From Eubacteriales bacterium (GTDB lineage Bacteria > Bacillota > Clostridia > Oscillospirales > CAG-272), in NCBI GenBank assembly GCA_045544195.1, contig JAZPYO010000040.1, positions 15,247 through 79,246 of the forward strand: a stretch of DNA of 64,000 nucleotides. The letters are read 5' to 3'. Under the pieces are notes generated by a model. It was not told where the DNA came from and made no database searches. It worked only from the letters and a program-made list of their open reading frames with translations. Below, in pieces: positions 43,849-54,101 of the stretch (position 1 is its first letter; every line of letters starts with the position of its first letter). The position numbers and the translations under genes are program-made.

Positions 43849-45291
43849 TTATTCAAACGAAAGCTCTGTAAAATCCTTCACACAGAGCATCGCTCCGTCA
43901 TGCTTGATGCCGCCTATGGCAACGACCTTCATTCCTGCATTGACAGCGGCATTTATTCCCGCGATGGAATCTTCAAAAACCACCGTTTCATCAGGTGTGC
44001 AAGTGCACAGTCTCGCAGTCAGAAGAAACATATCCGGAGCGGGCTTTCTCGGCATCGGTATATTTGCATCGCATATCACGTTAAAATATCCGTCAAGTGA
44101 CAGCTCCTTTGATATTTTGCCTGCAAAAAGGCTCGATGAGGCGATAGCGCATTTGACTCCGATCCCGTTCAGATATGTCAGATAATCCTCAACGCCCGAT
44201 ATTTTATCCTTGTCGGAAAGATCTGCGGTGATCTCTGTATAAACCCTGTCCTTCGTGTCGCCTATGATCTTTTTTTCTTCGTCCGTCAAGCACTTGCCCG
44301 ATTTGTTTGCTATATAATTAACGATATATTCTCTGCCCGTGCTTTTCAAAGGCAGGTATTCCTCATCGCCTATAACAACACCGTGCGGCCTTCCGCTTTC
44401 ATTCCATGCTATCAGATGATACTTTTCAGTATCGACAACAACGCCGTCAAAGTCGAATATACAGCACTTGAACTTATGCTCCTGTCCGTTTTTATCCTTC
44501 AGCGTCACGCGCTTGTCAAAGCTCGTTTTGATAAGACGTGATATTTCCTCATTTGCACACGCCACAGCGCCGTCATCTCCGTAACAGTACGGCTCGCCTT
44601 CGAGATTTGTAACTATTGCGCCCGCTTCCTTGCAGATAATAACGCCGGGGGCAATATCCCACAGATTTTTCGTTATAACCACCGTTGCATCGGTTTTTCC
44701 CTGTGCCACATATCCGAAGTCAAAGCATGCAGCGCCGAACATACGTATCTTTGCAATTCTTGGGTACAGATAACCCATAGATGAGTGCTGACGCGCGGCA
44801 ATATCATCGTCGTTATGCGAATAATCGCCTATGCTCGCTATCACATTATTGATACAGACCGTCGAATTGACCGTTATTCTTTCGCCGTTAAGATACGCAC
44901 CGCACCCTTTTACAGCGTACATCATCTGATCCATATACGGCAGATAAATAACGCCGAGCACATCATTTCCCTTGTCGAACAGGGCGCACTGAACGCCGTG
45001 AAGCATAATATCGCGCGCCATATTGCACGTACCGTCTATCGGGTCTATCACCCATGTTCTTCCGTTGAGAGCTTGCTTCGGGGCAGTCTCCTCTCCGTGT
45101 ATGAGATCGCCGCTAAACTCCTTTGTTATTGCATCTGACAGATACTTTTCTATATTCATATCAAGATCCGTCACAAGATCAAAATGCGATTTCTGAAAAA
45201 CATCACGCTTGCCGGAAAAAGCAAATTTCTCATACGCTTGCTTGATCTTTTCAGTTATAAATTCAAGCTCGTGCAAATAATTGTTTATCAC
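43849..45291 (-). CDS. Fusion of an inositol monophosphatase family domain and a HAD (beta-PGM-like) domain
   Basis: N-half: DLVT, GEE, DPIDGT.N, WDIAPG. C-half: [20 protein letters not shown]. Confidence 0.85.
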   Translation of the reverse strand: MINNYLHELEFITEKIKQAYEKFAFSGKRDVFQKSHFDLVTDLDMNIEKYLSDAITKEFSGDLIHGEETAPKQALNGRTWVIDPIDGTCNMARDIMLHGVQCALFDKGNDVLGVIYLPYMDQMMYAVKGCGAYLNGERITVNSTVCINNVIASIGDYSHNDDDIAARQHSSMGYLYPRIAKIRMFGAACFDFGYVAQGKTDATVVITKNLWDIAPGVIICKEAGAIVTNLEGEPYCYGDDGAVACANEEISRLIKTSFDKRVTLKDKNGQEHKFKCCIFDFDGVVVDTEKYHLIAWNESGRPHGVVIGDEEYLPLKSTGREYIVNYIANKSGKCLTDEEKKIIGDTKDRVYTEITADLSDKDKISGVEDYLTYLNGIGVKCAIASSSLFAGKISKELSLDGYFNVICDANIPMPRKPAPDMFLLTARLCTCTPDETVVFEDSIAGINAAVNAGMKVVAIGGIKHDGAMLCVKDFTELSFE

Positions 45292-46526
45292 AGCTCAAAA
45301 TCCTCGCCGTATCCGTAATGCTCTGCAACATAGTCAACATCCTTATCTCCTCTGCCTGACAGGCAAACAAGAATAGAGCCGGTGTTATGCTCCTTTGCAT
45401 ATTTCATAGCGTATGCAACTGCGTGTGAGCTTTCCAATGCGGGAATTATTCCCTCGTATTTTGACAGAGCAAAGAATGCCTTTACAGCCTCCTCGTCCGT
45501 CGCGGTAACGTACTGTACTCTTCCGCAATCGTGCAGATACGCATGCTCAGGACCTACTGACGGATAGTCAAGACCGCTTGCTATTGAATAAACGGGCGCA
45601 GGCTCGCCTGCAGCATCCTTTAGCATAATACTGTTAAAGCCGTGCATTATGCCGGGTGTGCCGTAAGACATTGAAGCTGCGTGATCGCCGTATCCTGAGC
45701 CCTTGCCCAACGGCTCAACACCGTATATGTCAACAGGATCTGCAAGAAATCCCGAGAACATACCGATAGAGTTAGAGCCGCCGCCAACACACGCGGCAAC
45801 AGCATCAGGCAGAATGCCCGTCATTTCAAAGAACTGCTCTCTTGCCTCAACTCCGATAACAGACTGAAAATCCCTTACCATGAGAGGAAACGGGTGCGGA
45901 CCGAGAACCGAGCCTATGCAGTATATCGCATCGTTATACTCGTTCATATAAGCTTCAAACGCCGCATCAACTGCTTCCTTCAGCGTCTTCAAGCCGTGAG
46001 TTACAGGAACGACTCTTGCGCCGAGCATCTTCATTCTCGTAACGTTGGGGGCTTGCTTTGCAATGTCTACCTCGCCCATATAAATGTCGCATTCAAGTCC
46101 GAAATAAGCCGCCGCAGTAGCAAGTGCAACGCCGTGCTGACCCGCGCCTGTTTCGGCAATTATCTTCTTTTTGCCCATAAATTTCGCCAAAAGGCCCTCG
46201 CCCATACAGTGATTGAGCTTGTGAGCACCCGTGTGGTTCAGATCCTCACGCTTGAGATATATCTGGCAGTTGCCGAGCTTGTTTGAAAGTCTTTCACAAT
46301 GGTATACAGGAGTAGGTCTGCCCTGAAATTCCTTTCTTATTCTGCGAAGCTCGCTTATGAACTTTGCGCTGTGGCATATAGCCTGATAAGCCTCGCTTAT
46401 CTCCTTGAACGCAGGCTCAAGTTCAGACGGAAGATACGCTCCGCCATATGCACCGAAAAATCCGTCCTTCGTCGGAAATTCCTTTGAATAGGTTAAAAAA
46501 TCCTTATATGTTTTCTTTGCTTCCAT
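45288..46526 (-). CDS. trpB: Tryptophan synthase beta chain (stand-alone)
   Basis: [39 protein letters not shown]. Confidence 0.96.
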   Translation of the reverse strand: MEAKKTYKDFLTYSKEFPTKDGFFGAYGGAYLPSELEPAFKEISEAYQAICHSAKFISELRRIRKEFQGRPTPVYHCERLSNKLGNCQIYLKREDLNHTGAHKLNHCMGEGLLAKFMGKKKIIAETGAGQHGVALATAAAYFGLECDIYMGEVDIAKQAPNVTRMKMLGARVVPVTHGLKTLKEAVDAAFEAYMNEYNDAIYCIGSVLGPHPFPLMVRDFQSVIGVEAREQFFEMTGILPDAVAACVGGGSNSIGMFSGFLADPVDIYGVEPLGKGSGYGDHAASMSYGTPGIMHGFNSIMLKDAAGEPAPVYSIASGLDYPSVGPEHAYLHDCGRVQYVTATDEEAVKAFFALSKYEGIIPALESSHAVAYAMKYAKEHNTGSILVCLSGRGDKDVDYVAEHYGYGEDFEL

Positions 46527-46654
46527 AACTGTTCTCCTTCAACAATTCAGTATATTTACGGTAAATATTTTTAACGATCAGCTTGATGCTGAATATCATA
46601 GACGGCCGAAGTATGCCATCGCTTTGACAAAATAAACATTTCACACTCCTGAAT

Positions 46655-46930
46655 ACAAAAAAGCCCCTGTCCTGCACAACTGCATAGGACAAGAACTGTA
46701 AATTCCTGCGGTACCACCTAAATTGGCGAAAGCTCGCCCGCTCACTGCATACGTCAATATGCGCACCCTTATAACGATGGGTATCCGTCAGCCATTACTA
46801 ACCGTCAAGGCTTTCCTGCCGCCCTCATAAGTCCATTCACAACTCTCGCCGCCTGCGGTCTTTCACCAAACGCCCGCTCTCTGCAAGGGGATAGAGCTGT
46901 TACTCTTCTTAATCAAAGGTTTAAATATTC
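46655..46930 (-). ncRNA. T-box riboswitch, tRNA-Trp specific
   Basis: AGAGA and GGUGAA boxes; specifier GAA-UGG (46833..46835); T-box AAUUUAGGUGGUACCGC; terminator with U-run. Confidence 0.92.
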
Positions 46931-46937
46931 TGCTTGC

Positions 46938-46966
46938 ATTATACAACAGAGTGCTTGATTTGTCAA
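46938..46966 (-). promoter_or_regulatory. sigma-A promoter of the trp T-box leader
   Basis: TTGACA-17-TATAAT. Confidence 0.85.
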
Positions 46967-47112
46967 TAGTTTTTTTGATTTTTTGATCTTTACCTATTAT
47001 CAAGCATATTTTGCATTTTACAAAATTACTTTGGCAAAATCGTTGAATATCCGAAGTATTTATGATACAATGGTATCAAGCAGACAATTTATAAAACGTA
47101 AAGGGGATAACT

Positions 47113-47670
47113 ATGCGTAAAAATTTCGGAGCAAAGACCTGGCTGTATCCAATGCCTGTGCTGATCGTCGGTACATACGACGAAAACGGAACACCGAATG
47201 CAATGAATGCCGCCTGGGGCGGTATATATGACACAGGTCTTGTGATGCTTTGCCTTTCAGACGAGCATAAAACAACAGAAAACATTAAAAAAACAAAAGC
47301 CTTTACAGTGAGCTTTGCTACTGTAAAAACGATCGTACCGTGCGACAATGTCGGTATCGTTTCAGCAAACGATGTGCCCGATAAATTTGCAAAAGCGGGA
47401 TTTCACGCAACGAAAAGCAAGTTTGTAAACGCTCCTGTCATTGATGAATTGCCGATGAGCGTGGAATGCGAGCTTCTGAAATTCAACGAGGACGGCATCT
47501 GCATCGGACGCATAGTAAACGTATCGGCAGACGAAAGCATACTTGACGAAAAGGGAGCAATAGACGCCGAAAAGCTCGATCCTATAATATACGACAGCGT
47601 AAGCCACTCTTACTGGAGCTTCGGGCAGCGTGTAGGACGTGCCTTTTCCGACGGAAAAAAGATAAAATGA
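47113..47670 (+). CDS. Flavin reductase / flavoredoxin family protein
   Basis: YPMPVLIVGTY, NAMNAAWG, VNAPVIDE. Confidence 0.9.
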   Translation: MRKNFGAKTWLYPMPVLIVGTYDENGTPNAMNAAWGGIYDTGLVMLCLSDEHKTTENIKKTKAFTVSFATVKTIVPCDNVGIVSANDVPDKFAKAGFHATKSKFVNAPVIDELPMSVECELLKFNEDGICIGRIVNVSADESILDEKGAIDAEKLDPIIYDSVSHSYWSFGQRVGRAFSDGKKIK

Positions 47671-47707
47671 TCAAAATGTATTATTCGTCCAAAAAGGAGC
47701 ATTCATT

Positions 47708-48463
47708 GTGAACGAATACCTCAGAAATCTTTCTAAAATAGAATTTGTTATAACGTATGCCTGCACGGGAAAATGCAAGCATTGCTCAGAGGGAAATCAC
47801 TCAGGCGTCGGCGATCACATATCCGCCGACGTTGCATCAGAGGCGGTCAGAAAAACAGCACAGATATATCCTATACAGACAGTAATGGCATTTGGCGGAG
47901 AACCGCTTTTATATCCCGATGCTGTTTTCAGTATCATGTCCTGTGCAAAAAAGCTGAATATACCGAAGCGTCAGGTCATAACGAACGGATTTTTTTCCAA
48001 AGCACACGGCGATATAAAAAGAATAGCTTGGGGGCTTTTCGAATCGGGAGTAAACGATCTGAGAATATCAGTTGATGCGTTTCACCAGGAAACGATCCCT
48101 CTTGACGCCGTTAAGCTCTTTATCAAGGAAGCTACGGTCTGCGGTATCCCCGCAAAGCTGCAGCCCGCGTGGCTTGTAAGCAAAGAGCATGAAAACCCCT
48201 ATAATAAAAAAACAAGAGAAATACTTTGCGAGCTTGAGGCTATGGGACTTTCACAAGGAAGCGGAAACATCGTTTTTCCGCAGGGAAACGCTCTTGAATA
48301 TCTCAGCGAATACTTTACAGACACTCACGTTGAAAACCCATATATTGAAGACCCGTATAACGTAAAATGCATATCGTTTTCGCCAAACGGCGACGTACTT
48401 AACGGGAACGTATATAAGCAGGACATAACGGACATTTTACGCACATACAGTCCCATAGGATAA
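47708..48463 (+). CDS. Radical SAM protein of unknown function
   Basis: CTGKCKHC, FGGEPLL, TNG, SVDAFHQ. Confidence 0.88.
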   Translation: MNEYLRNLSKIEFVITYACTGKCKHCSEGNHSGVGDHISADVASEAVRKTAQIYPIQTVMAFGGEPLLYPDAVFSIMSCAKKLNIPKRQVITNGFFSKAHGDIKRIAWGLFESGVNDLRISVDAFHQETIPLDAVKLFIKEATVCGIPAKLQPAWLVSKEHENPYNKKTREILCELEAMGLSQGSGNIVFPQGNALEYLSEYFTDTHVENPYIEDPYNVKCISFSPNGDVLNGNVYKQDITDILRTYSPIG

Positions 48464-48501
48464 CACACTCCGCAGCTCAATTTATTACGAGGTGATATTT
48501 A

Positions 48502-49524
48502 ATGCCGCTTGAAATAGTCAGAAATGATATAACCAAAATGACCGTCGATGCCATTGTAAACGCCGCAAACAACTCATTGCTTGGCGGCGGCGGTGTTGAC
48601 GGAGCGATACACAAAGCCGCAGGAAAAGGACTTCTTGAAGAATGCAGAGCCCTCAACGGCTGTGAAACGGGCAAGGCGAAGATAACAAAGGGATATGATC
48701 TTGATTGTAAATACGTCATACATACAGTAGGGCCGATCTATCGGAACGGAAATAACGGTGAGCGTGAATTGCTTGAATCGTGCTACCGCGAAGCCTTGAA
48801 TTTAGCAAAGCAGTACAACTGCACGTCTGTCGCATTTCCGCTGATCTCATCGGGCATATACGGTTATCCGAAGGACGAGGCGTTGAATGTGGCGGTCAGT
48901 ATTATAAGCTCATTTCTGCTCAAAAACGATATGACCGTTTACATAGTTGTATTTGACAAGGCATCGTTTTCAATAGGCGAAAAGCTGTTTTCGGACATCA
49001 GCGAATACATTGATGATAATTACGCAAAAAATACCTATGATAAACGCCGTAAAAAGCAAAGAGAGCCTCTTTTCCGCTCATTCGGCAGCTTAAGCAAGGC
49101 AAGCGACATATCGCACGGTCTTTGTTCGTGTGATATGTGCAGCGAAGAAAGCGAGCTTGACACGGCGCTGTCACATATAGATGAGAGCTTTTCGCAGATG
49201 CTTTTGAGGAAGATCGACGAAAGCGGAATGTCTGATGTAGAGTGCTATAAAAAAGCAAACATCGACAGAAAGCTCTTTTCAAAGATACGCAGCGATGTGA
49301 ATTACAAGCCTTCAAAGCCGACGGCTGTGGCATTCGCCGTAGCATTGGAGCTTTCCATTGCAGAAACGCGTGAGCTTTTGTGTAAGGCAGGCTTCGCTCT
49401 GTCACACAGCAGTAAATTCGATATAATAGTAGAATATTTTATAACGAGAGGTATTTACAACATATTTCAGATCAATGAGGCATTGTTTGCGTTTGACCAG
49501 AGCCTGCTTGGAGGTGCAAAATGA
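48502..49524 (+). CDS. MacroD-type macrodomain protein with C-terminal HTH-like domain
   Basis: [34 protein letters not shown]; C-terminal [16 protein letters not shown]...[13 protein letters not shown]. Confidence 0.88.
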   Translation: MPLEIVRNDITKMTVDAIVNAANNSLLGGGGVDGAIHKAAGKGLLEECRALNGCETGKAKITKGYDLDCKYVIHTVGPIYRNGNNGERELLESCYREALNLAKQYNCTSVAFPLISSGIYGYPKDEALNVAVSIISSFLLKNDMTVYIVVFDKASFSIGEKLFSDISEYIDDNYAKNTYDKRRKKQREPLFRSFGSLSKASDISHGLCSCDMCSEESELDTALSHIDESFSQMLLRKIDESGMSDVECYKKANIDRKLFSKIRSDVNYKPSKPTAVAFAVALELSIAETRELLCKAGFALSHSSKFDIIVEYFITRGIYNIFQINEALFAFDQSLLGGAK

Positions 49525-50273
49525 TATACAGTATATATTACAGTCCGACAGGCGGGTGCAAGGCCGTTTCCGACACGATAGCAAGCGCCCTTGACGAACG
49601 CTTTGTCCGTATCGACCTTATGGATAAAAATATGTCCGGACACACGTTTTCAAAAAGCGATCTGTGTGTGATAGCCGTGCCTTCATTCGGCGGAAGAATA
49701 CCTCCTCACGCAAAAGAAAAGCTCCGTCTTTTAAAGTCTGACGGCGCTTTTGCCGTGCTTGTTGCCGTATTCGGAAACAGAGCGGTGGACGATACTCTTG
49801 CGGAATTGGATGATGTTGCCGTTTCGATAGGATTTTCGCCCGTTGCGTGCATTGAAGGTGTAGCGGAGCATTCACTTGTCCGCACGTTCGGAGCAGGACG
49901 CCCGAATGAAAAAGACAGATCACAGCTTAAGGATTTTGCAAAGCAGATACTAAAAAAGCTGGGAAGAAACGACATATCATCTCCTCACATTTCCAAAAGC
50001 CGTCCTTATAAGGAATACAAACCGTCGGCTATGACACCGCAGGTAGATGACACCTGCGTAAGCTGCGGAAAATGCGCATTGGAATGTCCGACCGACGCAA
50101 TACCGTATGGCAACGTAAAATCCGTAGACGCGCAAAAATGCTTTTCCTGCATGCACTGCACGTCAGTATGCCCGATAAACGCGAGGCACAACGCAGAAAG
50201 CGTTACGAATGCACTGTACGAGCGCCTGCGTGACCGCTGCTCAGAAGCCAAAGAAAACAAGCTGTATATTTAA
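49521..50273 (+). CDS. EFR1-type flavodoxin / 4Fe-4S ferredoxin fusion
   Basis: YYSPTGG, FGNR; two CxxCxxCxxxCP motifs. Confidence 0.88.
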   Translation: MIYSIYYSPTGGCKAVSDTIASALDERFVRIDLMDKNMSGHTFSKSDLCVIAVPSFGGRIPPHAKEKLRLLKSDGAFAVLVAVFGNRAVDDTLAELDDVAVSIGFSPVACIEGVAEHSLVRTFGAGRPNEKDRSQLKDFAKQILKKLGRNDISSPHISKSRPYKEYKPSAMTPQVDDTCVSCGKCALECPTDAIPYGNVKSVDAQKCFSCMHCTSVCPINARHNAESVTNALYERLRDRCSEAKENKLYI

Positions 50274-50282
50274 CAAAAAAAT

Positions 50283-50350
50283 GTCGCTTGACATGCGACC
50301 TTACCTGCCTTTTTGTGATGTATAATTCATTCATCAGATGAAAGGCAGGT
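50283..50350 (+). promoter_or_regulatory. vWA promoter region with palindrome and an inverted repeat covering the RBS
   Basis: GTCGC-N7-GCGAC (50283..50299); TATAAT at 50321; ACCTGCCTTT (50303) versus AAAGGCAGGT (50341). Confidence 0.6.
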
Positions 50351-50357
50351 TTTAATT

Positions 50358-51005
50358 ATGAAAAACAACATTACAGAACTCGTATTTATTCTTGACAGAA
50401 GCGGATCTATGGCAGGTCTGGAGGACGACACGGTCGGCGGCTTCAATTCAATGATCGAAAAGCAAAAGGAGCAGGACGGAGAATGCTACGTTTCAACCGT
50501 GCTGTTTGATAACGGCAGCAAGATATTGCACGATCGGATAAGGCTTTCGGACGTTCCCAAAATGACACGCAACGATTACACCGTCAGAGGCTGTACAGCT
50601 CTGCTCGATGCGATAGGCGGAGCAATACACCATATTGCCAACATTCACAAATACGCGCGCAAGGAGGACGTGCCGCAGCACACCGTGTTCGTTATCACAA
50701 CCGACGGGCAGGAAAACGCAAGCCGCCGCTACACATCGGAGCAGATCAAAAAAATGATTCGGTGTCAAAAGGAAGAATTCGGCTGGGAGTTTTTGTTCAT
50801 CGGTGCAAACATTGATGCTGTTCAAACTGCCGAATCCTACGGTATAGAGCGTGACAGAGCGGTAAACTACAACGCAGACGGTGAAGGAACACGCGTTTTG
50901 TACCGTTCCGTAGCAAAAGCTGTAAGCAATATGCGTTCACGTCATAAGCTGCAGGAAGACTGGTGCGATGAAATAAATGCAGATTACGAACGCAGAAAGA
51001 AATAA
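50358..51005 (+). CDS. Stand-alone vWA domain protein
   Basis: MIDAS motif ILDRSGSM, TALLDAIG, ITTDGQENAS. Confidence 0.9.
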   Translation: MKNNITELVFILDRSGSMAGLEDDTVGGFNSMIEKQKEQDGECYVSTVLFDNGSKILHDRIRLSDVPKMTRNDYTVRGCTALLDAIGGAIHHIANIHKYARKEDVPQHTVFVITTDGQENASRRYTSEQIKKMIRCQKEEFGWEFLFIGANIDAVQTAESYGIERDRAVNYNADGEGTRVLYRSVAKAVSNMRSRHKLQEDWCDEINADYERRKK

Positions 51006-51042
51006 CAAAAAAACGGCTTTGAGTGCATCAAAGCCGTTTTTT
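51006..51042. terminator. Bidirectional terminator
   Basis: AAAAAACGGCTTTGA-GTGCA-TCAAAGCCGTTTTTT. Confidence 0.85.
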
Positions 51043-51051
51043 GTTACACTG

Positions 51052-51906
51052 TTACTGAACGCCGAAAAGTAATGTGTGTCTTTCTTTAAGATCGGTATAT
51101 ATCTGCATCGGTATATTAAGACCGTTTTTGCCGCTTCCGAGTAATATTCCGGGCTTTATACTGCCGTGATAATCACTGCCGCCGCTTTCCAAAAGATGAA
51201 ATTCTTTTGCGATGCTCTTGCTCATACTGATATCATTTTCGGTATAAGACGAATGCATAGTTTCTATACCTTGCAGTCCCGCTTCAACAAGCTCGGGAAG
51301 CATTTTTTTCAGATATTCGCCGTCTACTTCCTTCAGCGGATGGGCAAGAACGGGCAACGCGTGTACACTGTATAAAAAGCGAACAAGGTCTGCCAATTGC
51401 GGACGCTTCGGCTTTACGTAAAAGCCGTATTCATCGGATAATACAGTATCAAATGCTTCGGAAATAGAGGACACGTACCCTTTTTCCATCATAACAGAAG
51501 CAATATTCGCACGGTTAATATTTCCTTGCGGACATTTTTTCTGCACGTCTTTATAATCAATATCATATCCTGCCAGCTTAAGACGTTCGACAAGCTCCAT
51601 ATTGCTTTTTTCCTTCAAGGTGCGGAACGAGCGCATAAGCGACTCTACCTTTTCATAATACTCTGAAGATATAAAAAGTCCCAACAAATGAAATTCACGT
51701 CCTTCATAATCACACGAGATCTCCGTTCCCGGCACGGCACAAACGCCGTTTTTCTCTGCCGCGCTCATAAACTCCGGAAGTCCGGATGTCGTATTGTGAT
51801 CCGTAAGTGCAATTATCAGATCTTTCTCCTTTGCCAACGAAATAAGCTCAGAAGGACTCATACTGCCGTCTGAATAAATTGAATGTGTATGAAGATCGCA
51901 TTTCAT
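51052..51906 (-). CDS. PHP domain phosphoesterase (TrpH/YciV-like)
   Basis: DLHTHSIYSDG, TDHN, LAHP, GGSDYHG; start at MKCDLH. Confidence 0.9.
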   Translation of the reverse strand: MKCDLHTHSIYSDGSMSPSELISLAKEKDLIIALTDHNTTSGLPEFMSAAEKNGVCAVPGTEISCDYEGREFHLLGLFISSEYYEKVESLMRSFRTLKEKSNMELVERLKLAGYDIDYKDVQKKCPQGNINRANIASVMMEKGYVSSISEAFDTVLSDEYGFYVKPKRPQLADLVRFLYSVHALPVLAHPLKEVDGEYLKKMLPELVEAGLQGIETMHSSYTENDISMSKSIAKEFHLLESGGSDYHGSIKPGILLGSGKNGLNIPMQIYTDLKERHTLLFGVQ

Positions 51907-52162
51907 AATATTTCTCCCATCCGTCTGATGATCCGCTCTTTTATGCCGAATAGCCTTTAGCTTGTGCGTATTCATTTTATCACAGACAGTATTAAAAGTC
52001 AATACGATATAGCGACACATAAATTTAATATTGATATTTTCTTTTCGCTGTGGTATAATGCTGTCAGCATGAATATCCGCATATATTCCGAAAACGGCTT
52101 TTCGAAGCCTGAAATTATTCCCTATGCAGCAAAAATGCGGACTATCATCCGAGGAAATAAAA

Positions 52163-53212
52163 ATGAAAAAAGTAATTTTAAAAAATACATCTGTAATGGT
52201 CGGCGCGTTGGCGCTGTCATACAGCATCAGCTTTTTATTGCAGAACGTATTTGATATGCAGGAGCATATTACATCAGTATTTATATTTGCGGTCTTTCTC
52301 GTATCGCTCCTTACCGATGGGTACATTTGCGGTGTTATAACATCGCTTGCAGGCATCATAGCTATCAACTATGCATTTACGTATCCGTATTTCGACGTCG
52401 ATTTTTCGGCTCAGGAAAGCATCTTTTCAGCCATCGTAATGCTCGTTATCTCCTTGCTGACAAGCGCCCTTACAACGAAGCTGAAGCGGTGGCAGGAGCT
52501 GAAGGCGGAGGGTGAAAGAGAGCGTATGCGCGCAAATCTGCTCCGCGCGGTATCTCACGATCTGAGGACTCCGCTGACAACGATATACGGAGCAAGCTCG
52601 TCAATTATCGATAATTACGATAAGCTCAACGATACGCAGAAAACGCAGATGGTACTCGGCATCAAAGAGGATTCCGAATGGCTGATACGTATGGTAGAAA
52701 ACCTCTTGTCTATCACAAGGATAGACAGCGGAAGGGTAAAGCTTATAAAAGCACCGACGGTGCTTGAGGAGCTGATAGACTCGGTCATTCTCAAATTTAA
52801 AAAACGGTATCCCGATCAAAAGGTATATCTTGATATTCCCGACGAGGTTGTCGTTATACCTATGGACGCGATCCTTATAGAGCAGGTCATAATCAATATT
52901 CTTGAAAATGCAATACAGCACGCAGGCAGCTTTACAAGACTGTCAATAAAGGTTTCTGTTGACAAAAGCGAGGCAATATTTGAAATATCAGATGACGGAC
53001 AAGGCATCAGCAAGGACCGCCTTGACCATATCTTCACGGGATATTACACAAAGGATAATGAAGCGTCCGACACACAAAAAAGAAATGCAGGCATCGGGCT
53101 TTCCGTATGCGCGACCATCATCAAGGCTCACGGAGGAAAAATAACTGCTGAAAACGCAAAGGACAAGGGCGCTGTATTCCGTTTTTCACTTGCTACGGAG
53201 GAAATCGAATGA
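52163..53212 (+). CDS. Short KdpD-like (DUF4118) sensor histidine kinase
   Basis: About 4 TM segments; RANLLRAVSHDLRTPLT; NILENA, DDGQG, GIGL. No KdpD N-terminal, USP or GAF region. Confidence 0.9.
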   Translation: MKKVILKNTSVMVGALALSYSISFLLQNVFDMQEHITSVFIFAVFLVSLLTDGYICGVITSLAGIIAINYAFTYPYFDVDFSAQESIFSAIVMLVISLLTSALTTKLKRWQELKAEGERERMRANLLRAVSHDLRTPLTTIYGASSSIIDNYDKLNDTQKTQMVLGIKEDSEWLIRMVENLLSITRIDSGRVKLIKAPTVLEELIDSVILKFKKRYPDQKVYLDIPDEVVVIPMDAILIEQVIINILENAIQHAGSFTRLSIKVSVDKSEAIFEISDDGQGISKDRLDHIFTGYYTKDNEASDTQKRNAGIGLSVCATIIKAHGGKITAENAKDKGAVFRFSLATEEIE

Positions 53213-53919
53213 CGAATAATAAATACAAAATACTTCTTGTTGAGGATGAAGCAAACATACGCACATTCATCACAGCCTTGCTTGAGGCAAACGAATATCA
53301 GGTCATCTCAGCGCAAAGCTGTTCTTCGGCAAAAACCATGTACGCCTCTTATATTCCCGATCTGATAATTCTCGATTTAGGCTTACCAGACCGCGACGGA
53401 ACGGCATTTCTTTCGGAGCTTCGGCAAAAGGAATTGACACCTGTTATAGTGCTTTCGGCGCGGAGTGATGAGCAGGACAAGGTAAAGGCTCTCGATCTCG
53501 GCGCAAACGATTATATAACAAAGCCGTTCGGCTCGGCAGAGCTGCTTGCCCGCATACGCTCAGCCTTGCGCGTTTACCGCCACAGCGCAGAGGAAGGAAA
53601 GCTTCTCGGCGGCAAATTCACGCTCGGAGAGCTTGTTATAGATTATGACGCAAGGCGTATATGGATAGCAAACGAGGAGATAAGACTGACGCAGACAGAA
53701 TACAATATTGTTGCATTTTTATCTGAGCATTGCGGAAAAATGATGACTTACTCTTCGATAATAAAAGCAATATGGCGCGAAGGCACAAACGATGCAAGTA
53801 TAAAAAAGCTGCAGGTCAACATGGCAAATATCCGAAAAAAGCTCGGGGCGCAGCCCGGCGAGATGAGCTACATAACAAACGAGCTCGGAGTAGGATACAG
53901 AATGAACGTGGACAAATAA
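53209..53919 (+). CDS. KdpE-like OmpR-family response regulator
   Basis: VEDE, LDLGLPDRDG, ALDLGANDYITKPF, NELGVGYR. Confidence 0.92.
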   Translation: MTNNKYKILLVEDEANIRTFITALLEANEYQVISAQSCSSAKTMYASYIPDLIILDLGLPDRDGTAFLSELRQKELTPVIVLSARSDEQDKVKALDLGANDYITKPFGSAELLARIRSALRVYRHSAEEGKLLGGKFTLGELVIDYDARRIWIANEEIRLTQTEYNIVAFLSEHCGKMMTYSSIIKAIWREGTNDASIKKLQVNMANIRKKLGAQPGEMSYITNELGVGYRMNVDK

Positions 53920-54012
53920 AAAAGCAAAACCGATATAGGCATAGCAAACGGAGGATAAATATACCGTCTTTCCGTAAGAAGTGCAAAACCGCGGTTTTGC
54001 TTTTTTTATTAT

Positions 54013-54033
54013 ATCTTTACCGCATCTTTACCG
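54013..54033 (+). promoter_or_regulatory. Tandem direct repeat, probable response-regulator binding site
   Basis: ATCTTTACCG-C-ATCTTTACCG (11-bp period) upstream of a weak -35 and a TATAAC -10 at 54066. Confidence 0.65.
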
Positions 54034-54101
54034 ATAATATGATAGAATACCTCGGATAGATAGGATATAACAGGGACTTAAACAAAAGGAGAGTTACGGT
54101 C

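Noticed and set aside
42707-52368. Long N-terminal extensions given in the ORF track for 42707..43798, 51052..52368 and 52124..53212
   Set aside because: They run through promoters or overlap divergent genes; downstream ATGs (42932, 51906, 52163) match signal-peptide or domain starts.
53918-54007. Perfect palindrome GCAAAACCGCGGTTTTGC with an alternative upstream partner, considered as a riboswitch
   Set aside because: Adequately explained as the terminator of the two-component operon (stem plus T-run); no aptamer motif was recognised.
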